Shown here: in pieces, positions 28,772-37,406 of the stretch
Position numbering within the stretch: the stretch's first letter is position 1
Layout: the number at the start of each line of letters is the position of its first letter
The notes under the pieces: generated by a model
Told to the model about the DNA's origin: nothing
The model's input: the letters and a program-made list of their open reading frames with translations, nothing else
The model's database searches: none
Translations under genes and position numbers: made by a program
NCBI GenBank assembly: GCA_017623505.1
Contig: JAGAOZ010000005.1
Span: 112,710-176,709, forward strand
DNA from: Alistipes sp.
GTDB taxonomy: Bacteria > Bacteroidota > Bacteroidia > Bacteroidales > Rikenellaceae
DNA: 64,000 bases
Direction of reading: 5' to 3'

Positions 28772-28808
28772 GTCATTCCCCGACTCACGAAGTGAGGCGC
28801 AGGGAATC
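28772..28808. repeat. REP-like palindrome (ATTCCC...GGGAAT with inner CTCAC-GAA-GTGAG hairpin)
   Basis: gtcATTCCCcgaCTCACgaaGTGAGgcgcaGGGAATc. Confidence 0.45.
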
Positions 28809-28857
28809 TACCTTTTACAGAGTAAAAACTGAAAAGTAAGAATCCAAAACCTAAGTT

Positions 28858-29379
28858 TTACTTTTTCTCCGTCTTCTCCTCTACAAGCTCTACATTGCTG
28901 TCAGGACTGAGGATTACGCGCTCATTGTTGTTGGATAGAGGAATAGAGTTACCATATTTTATGATATCCAAATCCTCTTTCTCTGCATTTCGGAAATTCT
29001 TATATACAGCAGGATAGCCCGTTACAATAATCTCAAATCTGCCGTTAGCATTTGTCTCAACATCTATTGTCGTTCCCACCATAACATCAGCCTTGTATGC
29101 CCTTGCAGCGCGACTTAGTGCAATCTTCTTCAGCTCAGGCATCATTTTGATAGCCTCACGTGTGATTACAATTGTCTTGAATGCTTCAGTTTCAGTGTGC
29201 TGAACTTTTGTTGGTGATACCTCCAAATCGGCAATCAGCGGTGTGAGCAACATTAAGTGCTCGGGCTCAAGGTTGCGGGCAGATGACTCTTGATATTCGA
29301 TTTTCTCTACTCGCTGTTGTGCCATAGCGTCGGTGGCAAAGAACATAATTGCCAGCAACGGAAGAATCCATCTCTTCAT
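28858..29379 (-). CDS. Secreted hypothetical protein
   Basis: Sec signal peptide ending DAMA/Q; 173-aa ORF with no recognised family. Confidence 0.7.
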   Translation of the reverse strand: MKRWILPLLAIMFFATDAMAQQRVEKIEYQESSARNLEPEHLMLLTPLIADLEVSPTKVQHTETEAFKTIVITREAIKMMPELKKIALSRAARAYKADVMVGTTIDVETNANGRFEIIVTGYPAVYKNFRNAEKEDLDIIKYGNSIPLSNNNERVILSPDSNVELVEEKTEKK

Positions 29380-29430
29380 AGTGTCTGTAATTTTTCCCGT
29401 CTCGGCTTCTTAGGCGGATTATAACAAAAA

Positions 29431-29628
29431 GAAAGTGTGGAGCCGATTAGTTTATCCGACGCGAGGTTCTGGAATACCTATGACCAAATAAACAATACCC
29501 CACACCCGTATTGTGTGGAGCAAGAATTTGCTCCCGATACTACAATACGAAGTGACGAGTGTGTTGCTCTCCTTGGTCAAATGAAATTTTCCAGATTTCG
29601 CGTCAAGGATAAAAGCTAATACACTTTC
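29431..29628 (-). ncRNA. Candidate long-hairpin 5' leader RNA of gene 28858-29379
   Basis: Seven nested collinear inverted segments plus an inner GGAGCAA/TTGCTCC hairpin, between promoter 29669-29676 and ATG 29379. Confidence 0.55.
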
Positions 29629-29668
29629 ATCAAAAATATGTCTGTCGCGGTAAGTTCCTACGACAATA

Positions 29669-29676
29669 CAAAGTTA
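29669..29676 (-). promoter_or_regulatory. -7 promoter element TAACTTTG in repeat copy A (copy B equivalent at 31232-31239)
   Basis: CAAAGTTA on + strand in both repeat copies, each oriented toward a downstream minus-strand gene. Confidence 0.7.
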
Positions 29677-29718
29677 GAAACTTTTTAGCAATTGGCAACA
29701 GTTCCTATGGTTGAACAC

Positions 29719-29756
29719 AAAAAAATCATCCCTTGCAGATTGCAAAAGATGATTTT
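29719..29756 (-). terminator. Intrinsic terminator in repeat copy A
   Basis: AAAATCATCTTTTGCA/TGCAAGGGATGATTTT stem then U-run on the minus strand. Confidence 0.7.
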
Positions 29757-29778
29757 CTCTATATTGGTTTATCGCCGT

Positions 29779-29820
29779 TTAGTACTCCAACATCCAAGCG
29801 ACCTCCTCGCGAATTTTATC
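29779..29820 (-). pseudogene. Duplicated last 13 codons plus stop of the AlkD-like gene (DKIREEVAWMLEY*)
   Basis: Matches the 31342-31383 C-terminus DKIREEVVWMLEY* with one synonymous and one V-to-A change. Confidence 0.85.
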
Positions 29821-29855
29821 ACCCACTAAACAAGCGGATAATTATATTTTTATTA

Positions 29856-31106
29856 TTACCACAACTTTTTATCTACTTTTACCCAGTACGGCATCTCTGA
29901 TTGATATGATGCACTTGTTGGTGTGGGGTTCGCTACTGAGCCTTCATAAATTATGTGATGTACTGCTCCGTTCCTAAAATATAGTGTTGCCTCTATTCCT
30001 GTTTCTGTGACTGTCACAACACCATCGATAAACCTATTTATTTTTGTATTGTCGTATGTGTTTATATACCAACTGGTTGCGCCGTCTAATGTTTCAGACG
30101 ATGTGTTTAATGTTGAAAATTTGTATACACCTGTTGGTAATGAATTTTCTGCTGTACACAACTGTGATGAGTAAATATGTAATAAATAGACATCGTCTTC
30201 GGTAATCATTTTTATTGTATCATCATCTGTTATAGTGGCACCCTTGTTCGATAGCGCAAATGTGTAGCGATGCAATCCATTTGCCGCAGCGTTTGGAGTG
30301 TTGCAGATTGAAAGTTTGGCTACCTCTGTATTGAGATTTGTAGGCTCGTATTCTTCTGATGGTACAAAATAGTATGCGTTGCTATTGTATCCATCATTTT
30401 TAAAATGGATGGTTTCTCCACTTGTTGTTTTAAACCAACCTTCGAAACTATCATAACTCGACACCATCAAATATCCTTCGACCAAACCATTGCGGGCATC
30501 CTCTCCTGTTTTTGTTCCGTGTATTTGACAATTGCTATACAATTGACTAAATGTGCCTGCGACAAATGTATTATTAGTGTCAAAAACATATTCCCCAGGT
30601 GGAATATGATATGGTGAAGTAGGACTTACATTTGAATATATATCTAACTGTATATTTATTTTGCCATCTATTTCATCTGTGGATGATACAATATCAGTAT
30701 TTATAACTAAATGATAATTATGTACACCATTTTTAGCTAAGTCATTGTAATAGTAAAAAGAGTATCCGGATGACTTTATATCGTAGTCATATTTGCTCAT
30801 CTCTCCTCCAGGATTTTCTGGGTCCTCTCCTCCAGGATTGTCTGGGTCCTCCCCTCCAGGATTTTCTGGGTCCTCCCCTCCAGGATTCTCTGGGTTCTCT
30901 CCGCCTGGATTCTCTGGGTCCTCTTCGCCTGGGTTGTCAGGGTCTTCTCCACCTGGATTCTCTGGGTCCTCTCCGCCAGTGTTGTCGCCACCGCCATTCT
31001 CCTCCTTGTTAGGTATTTCTGGTATTTCGGTATCGTCGCTTTCGCATCCTGGTGCAGTGAGAAGCAATATACATCCAATTGCTATAACAGATAGTAATTT
31101 TTTCAT
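29856..31106 (-). CDS. Surface lipoprotein with (GGEDPENP)7 linker and two tandem beta-domains (start MKKLLS at 31106)
   Basis: Lipobox APGC followed by ESDD; internal similarity NGVHNYHL..DIYS..PPGEYVF vs NGLHRYTF..HIYS..PTGVYKF; AT-rich codon usage. Confidence 0.8.
   Translation of the reverse strand: MKKLLSVIAIGCILLLTAPGCESDDTEIPEIPNKEENGGGDNTGGEDPENPGGEDPDNPGEEDPENPGGENPENPGGEDPENPGGEDPDNPGGEDPENPGGEMSKYDYDIKSSGYSFYYYNDLAKNGVHNYHLVINTDIVSSTDEIDGKINIQLDIYSNVSPTSPYHIPPGEYVFDTNNTFVAGTFSQLYSNCQIHGTKTGEDARNGLVEGYLMVSSYDSFEGWFKTTSGETIHFKNDGYNSNAYYFVPSEEYEPTNLNTEVAKLSICNTPNAAANGLHRYTFALSNKGATITDDDTIKMITEDDVYLLHIYSSQLCTAENSLPTGVYKFSTLNTSSETLDGATSWYINTYDNTKINRFIDGVVTVTETGIEATLYFRNGAVHHIIYEGSVANPTPTSASYQSEMPYWVKVDKKLW
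30801..30977. repeat. 24-bp coding tandem repeat, 7 full units plus a partial unit
   Basis: ctctcctccaggattttctgggtc and variants, encoding GGEDPENP on the minus strand. Confidence 0.95.
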
Positions 31107-31151
31107 TATAATACGTGTGATCTTGATTTTATAACCTACTTTACAAATAGC

Positions 31152-31178
31152 CGTATGGTAGTACAATACTACCATACG
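31152..31178 (-). promoter_or_regulatory. Perfect 12-bp hairpin in the lipoprotein gene leader
   Basis: CGTATGGTAGTA-caa-TACTACCATACG between repeat copy B and ATG 31106. Confidence 0.6.
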
Positions 31179-31193
31179 TCACTTTACATACTT

Positions 31194-31385
31194 AAAAATA
31201 TGTCTGTCGCAAGAAAATTCCCACGACAATACAAAGTTAGAAACTTTTTTGCAATTGGCAACAGTTCTTATGGTAGAACACAAAAAAATCATCCCTTGCA
31301 GATTGCAAAAGATGATTTTCTCTATATTGGTTTATCGCCTTTTAGTACTCCAACATCCAAACGACCTCCTCGCGGATTTTATCAC
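31194..31385. repeat. Direct repeat copy B (192 bp), overlapping the AlkD-like gene 3' end
   Basis: Aligns to 29632-29822. Confidence 0.95.
31282..31319 (-). terminator. Intrinsic terminator of the AlkD-like gene (repeat copy B)
   Basis: Same hairpin and U-run as 29719-29756, 23 nt after the stop. Confidence 0.75.
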
Positions 31386-31974
31386 TTGCAGCCGTGTCGG
31401 GAAGAGTCTTTAACAAATCGCTAACTATCTCTTTATCAGGGCTATTTGCAATAGCTGTTAGCAATACGATTGCACCTTGTACTACGATATTTGATGTGCC
31501 GTCCGAGATTATTTGCCTTAGTTTCGCAGCAATTATGGGCTTCGCAGCAAGGGGATTACGTGCCGCAGAGAGTAGAGCGCAATATATCAATTGCTCGTCA
31601 CCACTATCTATCCAACGCTCACATAACTCATTGATACAACTGCACTTACCAAATACAGAGAATGAAGCCTCCTCGGCAATCTCCGAGTTGGTTATATGCT
31701 TTTCAAATTCTATGGCATCTTCGGCGGTTAGCTCTTCTGCGGGAGTAATATGTAACGCTGCGAGTTGTAACTCTCTGACTTGTTGCTCAATAAGATATTT
31801 TGCAAGAGCCATATCCTTAGGCTCTTGGCGGGCTATCGTGCGTATGGTAGGTATGCTTACGCCATAGTTCAGCCCGTAACGCTTACCGCTATAATACATT
31901 GAATCGGCCACTGCGCCGTTCATTTCGCGACGTAGTGAGCCGAGCAATGTTATCATTCTTTCTGTCTGTGACAC
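31342..31974 (-). CDS. DNA alkylation repair (AlkD-like, HEAT-repeat) protein
   Basis: MNGAVADSM...YGLNYGVSIPTIRTIA, RELQLAAL pattern recalled from Bacteroidetes AlkD-like proteins. Confidence 0.7.
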   Translation of the reverse strand: MSQTERMITLLGSLRREMNGAVADSMYYSGKRYGLNYGVSIPTIRTIARQEPKDMALAKYLIEQQVRELQLAALHITPAEELTAEDAIEFEKHITNSEIAEEASFSVFGKCSCINELCERWIDSGDEQLIYCALLSAARNPLAAKPIIAAKLRQIISDGTSNIVVQGAIVLLTAIANSPDKEIVSDLLKTLPDTAASDKIREEVVWMLEY

Positions 31975-31976
31975 AA

Positions 31977-32867
31977 CTATTTAGCTACCTTTACGGTTTT
32001 ACCAAATTCGTAGATAGGAAGAGTTACGGTTGCGATAGCGGCATCGTCATATACCACCTCACACTTAGCCATATTGGCGATACGTACCTCGGCAGTACTC
32101 TTTGCGCGAGCATCAGCCTCCGAGCTATATTTCAGAGCTGTGTTTGCCGATGGTGTAATCTTCAATACCACAGGGCTACCGTCGCTTGAGTCACCCTCCT
32201 CAATACCCGATACATTACTGAATTTCACGATGTTATAGCTTGTCTTGTCGCCCTCTACCGGAATTATGTAACGATGATGTGTTACGGTTGTAATCTTCTT
32301 ACCATAGAATAGCTCCAAGTAAGACTGCTCTGTTGCGTCTAACGCTTGCAAAGCATCCTTCAAACCTGCGCCAAAGACATTCTCGCCGGCCTCACCTGTA
32401 ATAAGCTCCATACGGTGCTTACGGATGTTGAATATCGCCTGCACGGTCTGCTCAGCAGCCTCCTCGGCACTTACGATGCTGTTATCCAAGCGGTTAGGCA
32501 GTATCTTCGCGAATTCGTCTATTGTGCCTAAATGTGATGCTATCTCGACTTTATCCTGAGCCAACTCGTTGGTCGCCAAGGTTTTACAATCTGCAAGTGA
32601 GATTGTAGCAGCTGTCACATCGTATGATGTGCGCTCCACTAAATTACCACGTGTACCGAGTAGCTTCTGTGCATAGCGGGCGTATGGTCCGGGTATAATT
32701 TGCTCCTTCTCGATTGTCAAATCTACTACAATAGTAGTTGATGGCTCAACGAATGTTGTCGCGCCATCTACACTCTGAATACCAATCAAAGTAGCGGTTG
32801 CACTATCTTGTGCAGCAACGATGCTGATTGAGCTAATCAATGCAACGAGTGTTAAAATCTTTTTCAT
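31977..32867 (-). CDS. DUF4831-like exported protein
   Basis: Signal peptide; PGPYARYAQKLLG, IFNIRKHR.ELITGE, YLELFYG. Confidence 0.7.
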   Translation of the reverse strand: MKKILTLVALISSISIVAAQDSATATLIGIQSVDGATTFVEPSTTIVVDLTIEKEQIIPGPYARYAQKLLGTRGNLVERTSYDVTAATISLADCKTLATNELAQDKVEIASHLGTIDEFAKILPNRLDNSIVSAEEAAEQTVQAIFNIRKHRMELITGEAGENVFGAGLKDALQALDATEQSYLELFYGKKITTVTHHRYIIPVEGDKTSYNIVKFSNVSGIEEGDSSDGSPVVLKITPSANTALKYSSEADARAKSTAEVRIANMAKCEVVYDDAAIATVTLPIYEFGKTVKVAK

Positions 32868-32980
32868 AACGCATTATTGTTGTGGTTATACTTTAGCAAA
32901 GTTATGTTTTTTGGATGATATATCAAAATTTACGCTCTTATTGCCTCCAAATCGTTTGCTAAAATAGTGAAATAGATAGA

Positions 32981-33009
32981 AAAAGAGCCTATTTCGTTCG
33001 GAAATAGGC
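32981..33009 (-). terminator. Intrinsic terminator closing the PUL operon
   Basis: GCCTATTTC/GAAATAGGC stem with an A-run on its left. Confidence 0.65.
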
Positions 33010-33032
33010 CCATTTCGTTACCTTGTTTCTTG

Positions 33033-34112
33033 CTATTTGGCAGCTTGCCAACCTGTCAGTTTAGCAAATTCGTCGATGACGATTTTAGCCATCTTCTCCT
33101 GACCAAATTTATTAGGATGCTCCGAAGCTCCGAGGTCGGTTGTGCGATTATAAACATCCTTTGATATATCAGCCATAGCGCAATTCTCTATCGTTGTAAC
33201 CATCTGCTGCACGCACTCAACTGCGTGTGGAGAGTGAACTACACACAACACCGGCATCTGCTTGCCCCATGCCTCGCGCAGACCCTCAATCAGCTTACGA
33301 TAGCCCTCTATGTAGACCTCCTCGGAAGGGTGTGGCTGAGTGCTGAAGTCATTGGTACCCAGTGTGATAACTATCGCATCAGGGGTATAGTGACTCTTCT
33401 GAAAATCCCAAGCCGACTCAACTACCTCGTCAAACGTGCGGAAGGCACGCGAGCTCATTGTGGTCTCGAAAACCGATGTTGGCTCTGCATCGCCATAGTT
33501 ACGTACCAAACCACGTCCTGAGTGCGATATAAGGTTATAATCTGCTCCAAAGTGCGCTGCGGTCAGTGCTGCATAGGTGTAGCAGCAATTTTCCGTCTCA
33601 GGCTTGAACGGCTCGTCACCCGACTTACTCTCTGTGCCATAGCCACATGTGAGCGAATCGCCATAAAATTCGATGTGGAGCGGGAGGGCTAAATCATCTG
33701 CCGAGAGAAACTCTCCGTCGGTAGTGAACGAGTGGATTGTGACCTGTCCCTGCTCAGCCTCAGTAGCCTTCTGTATGCGGATAACATGCTCTGCATCAGC
33801 ATCTTTATTGTCAAAAAGCACGACAGTAGAGTGCTCACCCTCTGTTGTGAACTTCTCCTGTGCTACGCCATCAACCATAAGGTTAAAGAAGTTACGTTTC
33901 GTATCACTCACATCCATAGTGAGCTGTGTGCCCTTGAAACGGATGTCGATATATACACCGCTCCAATCGAATGTGATTGAGCCGTCGTCCAACGTCGCAT
34001 AACGACCTTCGATGTGCATAGGTGTCTGGGTGGCAGTAAGAGTTGTATTGCCACCTTGTTCGCAACAACTACTCATTGCAAAAAGCATTATAAGTGGTAA
34101 AAAGTGTTTCAT
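33033..34112 (-). CDS. SGNH/GDSL esterase with N-terminal beta-domain (CE2-like), lipoprotein
   Basis: FYGDSLTCGYG, SHSGRG, LGTNDF, EHP; overlaps the upstream gene by 4 nt. Confidence 0.8.
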   Translation of the reverse strand: MKHFLPLIMLFAMSSCCEQGGNTTLTATQTPMHIEGRYATLDDGSITFDWSGVYIDIRFKGTQLTMDVSDTKRNFFNLMVDGVAQEKFTTEGEHSTVVLFDNKDADAEHVIRIQKATEAEQGQVTIHSFTTDGEFLSADDLALPLHIEFYGDSLTCGYGTESKSGDEPFKPETENCCYTYAALTAAHFGADYNLISHSGRGLVRNYGDAEPTSVFETTMSSRAFRTFDEVVESAWDFQKSHYTPDAIVITLGTNDFSTQPHPSEEVYIEGYRKLIEGLREAWGKQMPVLCVVHSPHAVECVQQMVTTIENCAMADISKDVYNRTTDLGASEHPNKFGQEKMAKIVIDEFAKLTGWQAAK

Positions 34113-35950
34113 CGCAGAAATTCTCCATTTATATTAACATCTTGATTATCAAAAGGCTTAAGGCGAGCGTCGAGAACAACGGCACACTCCAGACGTGTCA
34201 GTTCTCGTTGTGGGTCGTAATTTGTGAGTCCCCACTCAGCCCACTGCTCAGCGGTGATATCGCCGCAGAATGAGATAAGGTCACGCAGAGTTACGTAATC
34301 AGAGCTATTGTTTGATGTAACGTACTTATAGTTAGGATTATATGAATCCAAACCTGCGGCTAAATCAGCTGTTGTAATCTTCTCGTCGGTATAGAACCAA
34401 GTCTGATTCTCCCAGCCTACGGTCATACCCTTACCACGCATAATTCCCGTTGCACCAATGCGTTGCACAGCGTCGAAATGTGGATGTGACGAAGGGATAT
34501 CCAAGAATGGCAACAGATAGCCGTCGCCACGCAGCACCTCGCGCTGAACATCGCGAACTGCAACATCCTTTGGCTCAATGTCCTGCATAGCAGCCAATGC
34601 AGCAATGATACCCGAAGCCTCGCCAATCTGCATAACAACAGGCTGCAGTCGTGTAGAGCCATTGACAATATTGCTTACCGAGATAGATTTCTCGGCAACA
34701 ATAAAGTTCTTTACACCCTTTGGCAACATAGTACCCATAGGCAGACCATACGAAGGAATAGAGTGGAAATAGAGGTTAGGAAGAGCCTCCCAGCCTGTAT
34801 AACGTGTATGGTGCTGATCGACAGGGTAGTCACCCACACCGACAGCGGTGCGGTAGAGCGAGTAGTTGTAAGGGTGAGTGATATGCTGAAGCTTGAAGCG
34901 CACCTCGCCGTGGGTACGACGCGACTCGCGGTGATATGGCATAAGAGGCATCATATCCTCGGTAGGGAACTCATCGTCGGCAAGATACAACGTATTGAAG
35001 CCCAACTCGTGCTGGATGAAGTAGAGAAAACGTATTGTGCGGGCCTTAGCCTCGGCAACAGCCTCGGCACGCTCCTCAGCGTTCATCTCAATCATATTGA
35101 CGTAGAAGTCATTACCCTCGATAGGCCAATTTATCATATATTTGTCATTAGGAAGCTTGCCGTAGGTAATCATCATCTGCTTAGACCATAGACGGTTAGC
35201 CTCCTTAGGTGTGACGCAGTTGTCATTGACACATGCGCAAGCAAACTCCTTAGCGTCGTAGCCCTCTGGACGCTCAATAGACATATCCTTGCCATAGTCC
35301 TTCAGCACCATAACCATTGTAAGGTCCTGAATGATGCCATTAGCCTCCTCGGGAGCAATATCCTCGCCCGTAAGCTTGCGGCTCTCCATACCCATATCGT
35401 AGCCTATACCCACCTTAGCTGCCACATCGCCCAGCTCTGTTGCATCAATAACGACTTTGGCCTTGAGCTTCCAGCTCTTTTCTCCATTGCTCAGAGTGAG
35501 TTGCCATGAGCCATTTTTGAGTTGGCGAATATCCGTAAGGGTGGTATGATAATTAACCGTTAGATTCTGCTCTGCCTCTGCCATAGCGGCGAAAATCTTG
35601 GCACCGACACTTGGCTCGAAGAGAAGGTTACTTACCCAGCCGGTCTTAAGAGCCTCTGCACCGCCATAGTGAGCCTCCAATTTATCGCGAAACTCGCCCC
35701 ACATACCACCACGCAGGCGATAGTTACCGTCGGTAGCACTTACGCCCGCAGAGGTGAGCATACCACCCAACCAAGGGCCTTGCTCGACGATAAGGGTCTT
35801 AGCTCCGAGACGTGCTGAGCGGATACCGGCAGTAGTGCCACTAGCACCGCCACCGATGATGACAACGTCATAACGTGAGGCTGCATTAACTGTAAGGGAC
35901 AACATCACCGCAGCAAAGAGTGCCACAGTGTATCGAAGAAAATGTTTCAT
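34109..35950 (-). CDS. Exported FAD-dependent oxidoreductase (PF12831-like)
   Basis: VVIIGGGASG, LGGMLTSAGV, VIDATELGD, YHRESRR, GSTRLQP..MQIGEA. Confidence 0.85.
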   Translation of the reverse strand: MKHFLRYTVALFAAVMLSLTVNAASRYDVVIIGGGASGTTAGIRSARLGAKTLIVEQGPWLGGMLTSAGVSATDGNYRLRGGMWGEFRDKLEAHYGGAEALKTGWVSNLLFEPSVGAKIFAAMAEAEQNLTVNYHTTLTDIRQLKNGSWQLTLSNGEKSWKLKAKVVIDATELGDVAAKVGIGYDMGMESRKLTGEDIAPEEANGIIQDLTMVMVLKDYGKDMSIERPEGYDAKEFACACVNDNCVTPKEANRLWSKQMMITYGKLPNDKYMINWPIEGNDFYVNMIEMNAEERAEAVAEAKARTIRFLYFIQHELGFNTLYLADDEFPTEDMMPLMPYHRESRRTHGEVRFKLQHITHPYNYSLYRTAVGVGDYPVDQHHTRYTGWEALPNLYFHSIPSYGLPMGTMLPKGVKNFIVAEKSISVSNIVNGSTRLQPVVMQIGEASGIIAALAAMQDIEPKDVAVRDVQREVLRGDGYLLPFLDIPSSHPHFDAVQRIGATGIMRGKGMTVGWENQTWFYTDEKITTADLAAGLDSYNPNYKYVTSNNSSDYVTLRDLISFCGDITAEQWAEWGLTNYDPQRELTRLECAVVLDARLKPFDNQDVNINGEFLR

Positions 35951-35963
35951 AGTGTGAAATGTG

Positions 35964-37391
35964 TTACTTTAGGTTTATTTCCTGAATATAACGTCTGCCA
36001 AAGCTATCGGTCGCTGTTACGGTTGCTTTGTTAGCACCCTCGGGGATAGCTATGCGGTAGAAGTGGTCTGCCGGAGTAGGATAGACGTATGAGTGGTCCA
36101 TACCCTCATTAGAGGCGTACATTGTCTGTGCAGCAGGGTCGTAAGTCATAAACTGCTCCATAGCCTTTGCCTTGCCACCATCGAACGAAGCCTCGACAAC
36201 CCACTTGGTATCACTCGCCCACACGTTGGCAACGAGTGCTCCCTCAAACTGTGGGTATTCAGCACCTGCGTAGAGTGTCATCTGATAGTCGGCAGGGTAG
36301 TCTGTTGATTTGTAGTACCAATTTACCTCGCCACCATCAATCTCAAATACGCCATAGCCACGAGGTGTGCCGTCGGTACACAGTGGACCCTGCCACCAAG
36401 CACCACTCAATGCAGGAATGACGTGCTCGTAGAGCTTATCGGAGATAATCTGATTGAAGGTGGTGTGAGTGTGTCCCGAAAGGATGTGAGCGTTGTATGG
36501 CTCCAGCATCTTATAGAGTGCCTTGGCGTTGGTTGTAACGCCGGCTATATTGTCATAACTGAATGTTTTACGGTCTTTCTCGTCGCAAGTGGTAGGGATG
36601 TGGAGCACAACGAAGACTGTCTTACCCTCAGGAACATAGCTCAAATCCTTCTCCAACCAAGCGTACTGCTTCTCGTCGATATAACCGATATAGAACCAAT
36701 CACGACCGATATAGAAATTGTCGTTCAAGACTACGTAGTGCACATCGCCAACGTTGAATGAGTAGTAGGTTGGTCCGAAAGTCTCCTCCCACAGACGTGT
36801 AGAGGTCTCGTGTGTGCGACTGTAAAGTGTCATATCATGGTTGCCCGGTGTGCTGTAAAAGTCAAGACCCGAAGCGGCCATTGTAGCGTTATATTGTGGG
36901 TAGAATGTGTGGTCATAAGAGATGACATCACCACAGCAGATGCCGTGGAATGGGATATCGTAGCCCTCGACAGTTTCGCGGATATTGCGTGCGCCGTCAG
37001 CGAGTGCAGGGAACTCCTTCTTATGCCAAATCTGAGGGTCGGCAATGACGATAAAACCGTGGTGGGTGTCATCCTGCTCCTTCTTCTGAAGTGTGAAGTT
37101 GTAGGTGTCGTTACCCTCGGTGATCTTCTGCCAGAACTGAGGAACGCTATTCTTGCTCTCGACGTTATAACCCGCAGGAACAGTGATATATACAAGTGGA
37201 TTGTCTGAAGCAGATGGCAGGCAGTAGCGACCCTTGGTATCGGTGGTAGTGAAGTGCTCACCATCGGTTACAACAACCTCAGCAATGCCCTTACCATCAC
37301 ATGTTACCTTACCCTTCAAAACTCTTTTCTCGGCAGCCCACACATTTACGGTAATCACCAAAGCTACCATCAGCAGCAGAAATCTCTTCAT
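35964..37391 (-). CDS. Exported calcineurin-like metallophosphoesterase
   Basis: ADPQ, CGDV, GNHD, HIP, GHTH motifs; N-terminal VVVTDG.HFTTTD..G domain. Confidence 0.88.
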   Translation of the reverse strand: MKRFLLLMVALVITVNVWAAEKRVLKGKVTCDGKGIAEVVVTDGEHFTTTDTKGRYCLPSASDNPLVYITVPAGYNVESKNSVPQFWQKITEGNDTYNFTLQKKEQDDTHHGFIVIADPQIWHKKEFPALADGARNIRETVEGYDIPFHGICCGDVISYDHTFYPQYNATMAASGLDFYSTPGNHDMTLYSRTHETSTRLWEETFGPTYYSFNVGDVHYVVLNDNFYIGRDWFYIGYIDEKQYAWLEKDLSYVPEGKTVFVVLHIPTTCDEKDRKTFSYDNIAGVTTNAKALYKMLEPYNAHILSGHTHTTFNQIISDKLYEHVIPALSGAWWQGPLCTDGTPRGYGVFEIDGGEVNWYYKSTDYPADYQMTLYAGAEYPQFEGALVANVWASDTKWVVEASFDGGKAKAMEQFMTYDPAAQTMYASNEGMDHSYVYPTPADHFYRIAIPEGANKATVTATDSFGRRYIQEINLK

Positions 37392-37406
37392 ATCAGTATC
37401 TGGTTA

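Larger units (their letters stand above)
29632..29822. repeat. Direct repeat copy A (191 bp): 3' remnant of the AlkD-like gene, terminator, promoter and first leader hairpin
   Basis: Aligns to 31194-31385 with 6 scattered substitutions plus a variable hairpin region. Confidence 0.95.

Noticed and set aside
29437-29619. 60-aa ORF as a type I toxin or leader peptide
   Set aside because: It is antisense to the inferred transcript, is not hydrophobic and coincides with the long hairpin, which explains the sequence better
30801-30977. CRISPR array
   Set aside because: 24-bp units are contiguous with no unique spacers, in frame within a CDS, and no cas genes are present
29632-31385. Composite transposon or prophage attL/attR
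   Set aside because: The repeats are direct, encode no transposase and have no terminal inverted repeats; no integrase or phage genes; kept only as a cassette-like finding
31155-31424. 89-aa ORF spanning repeat copy B
   Set aside because: Covers terminator and promoter sequence, and the equivalent frame is not maintained in copy A
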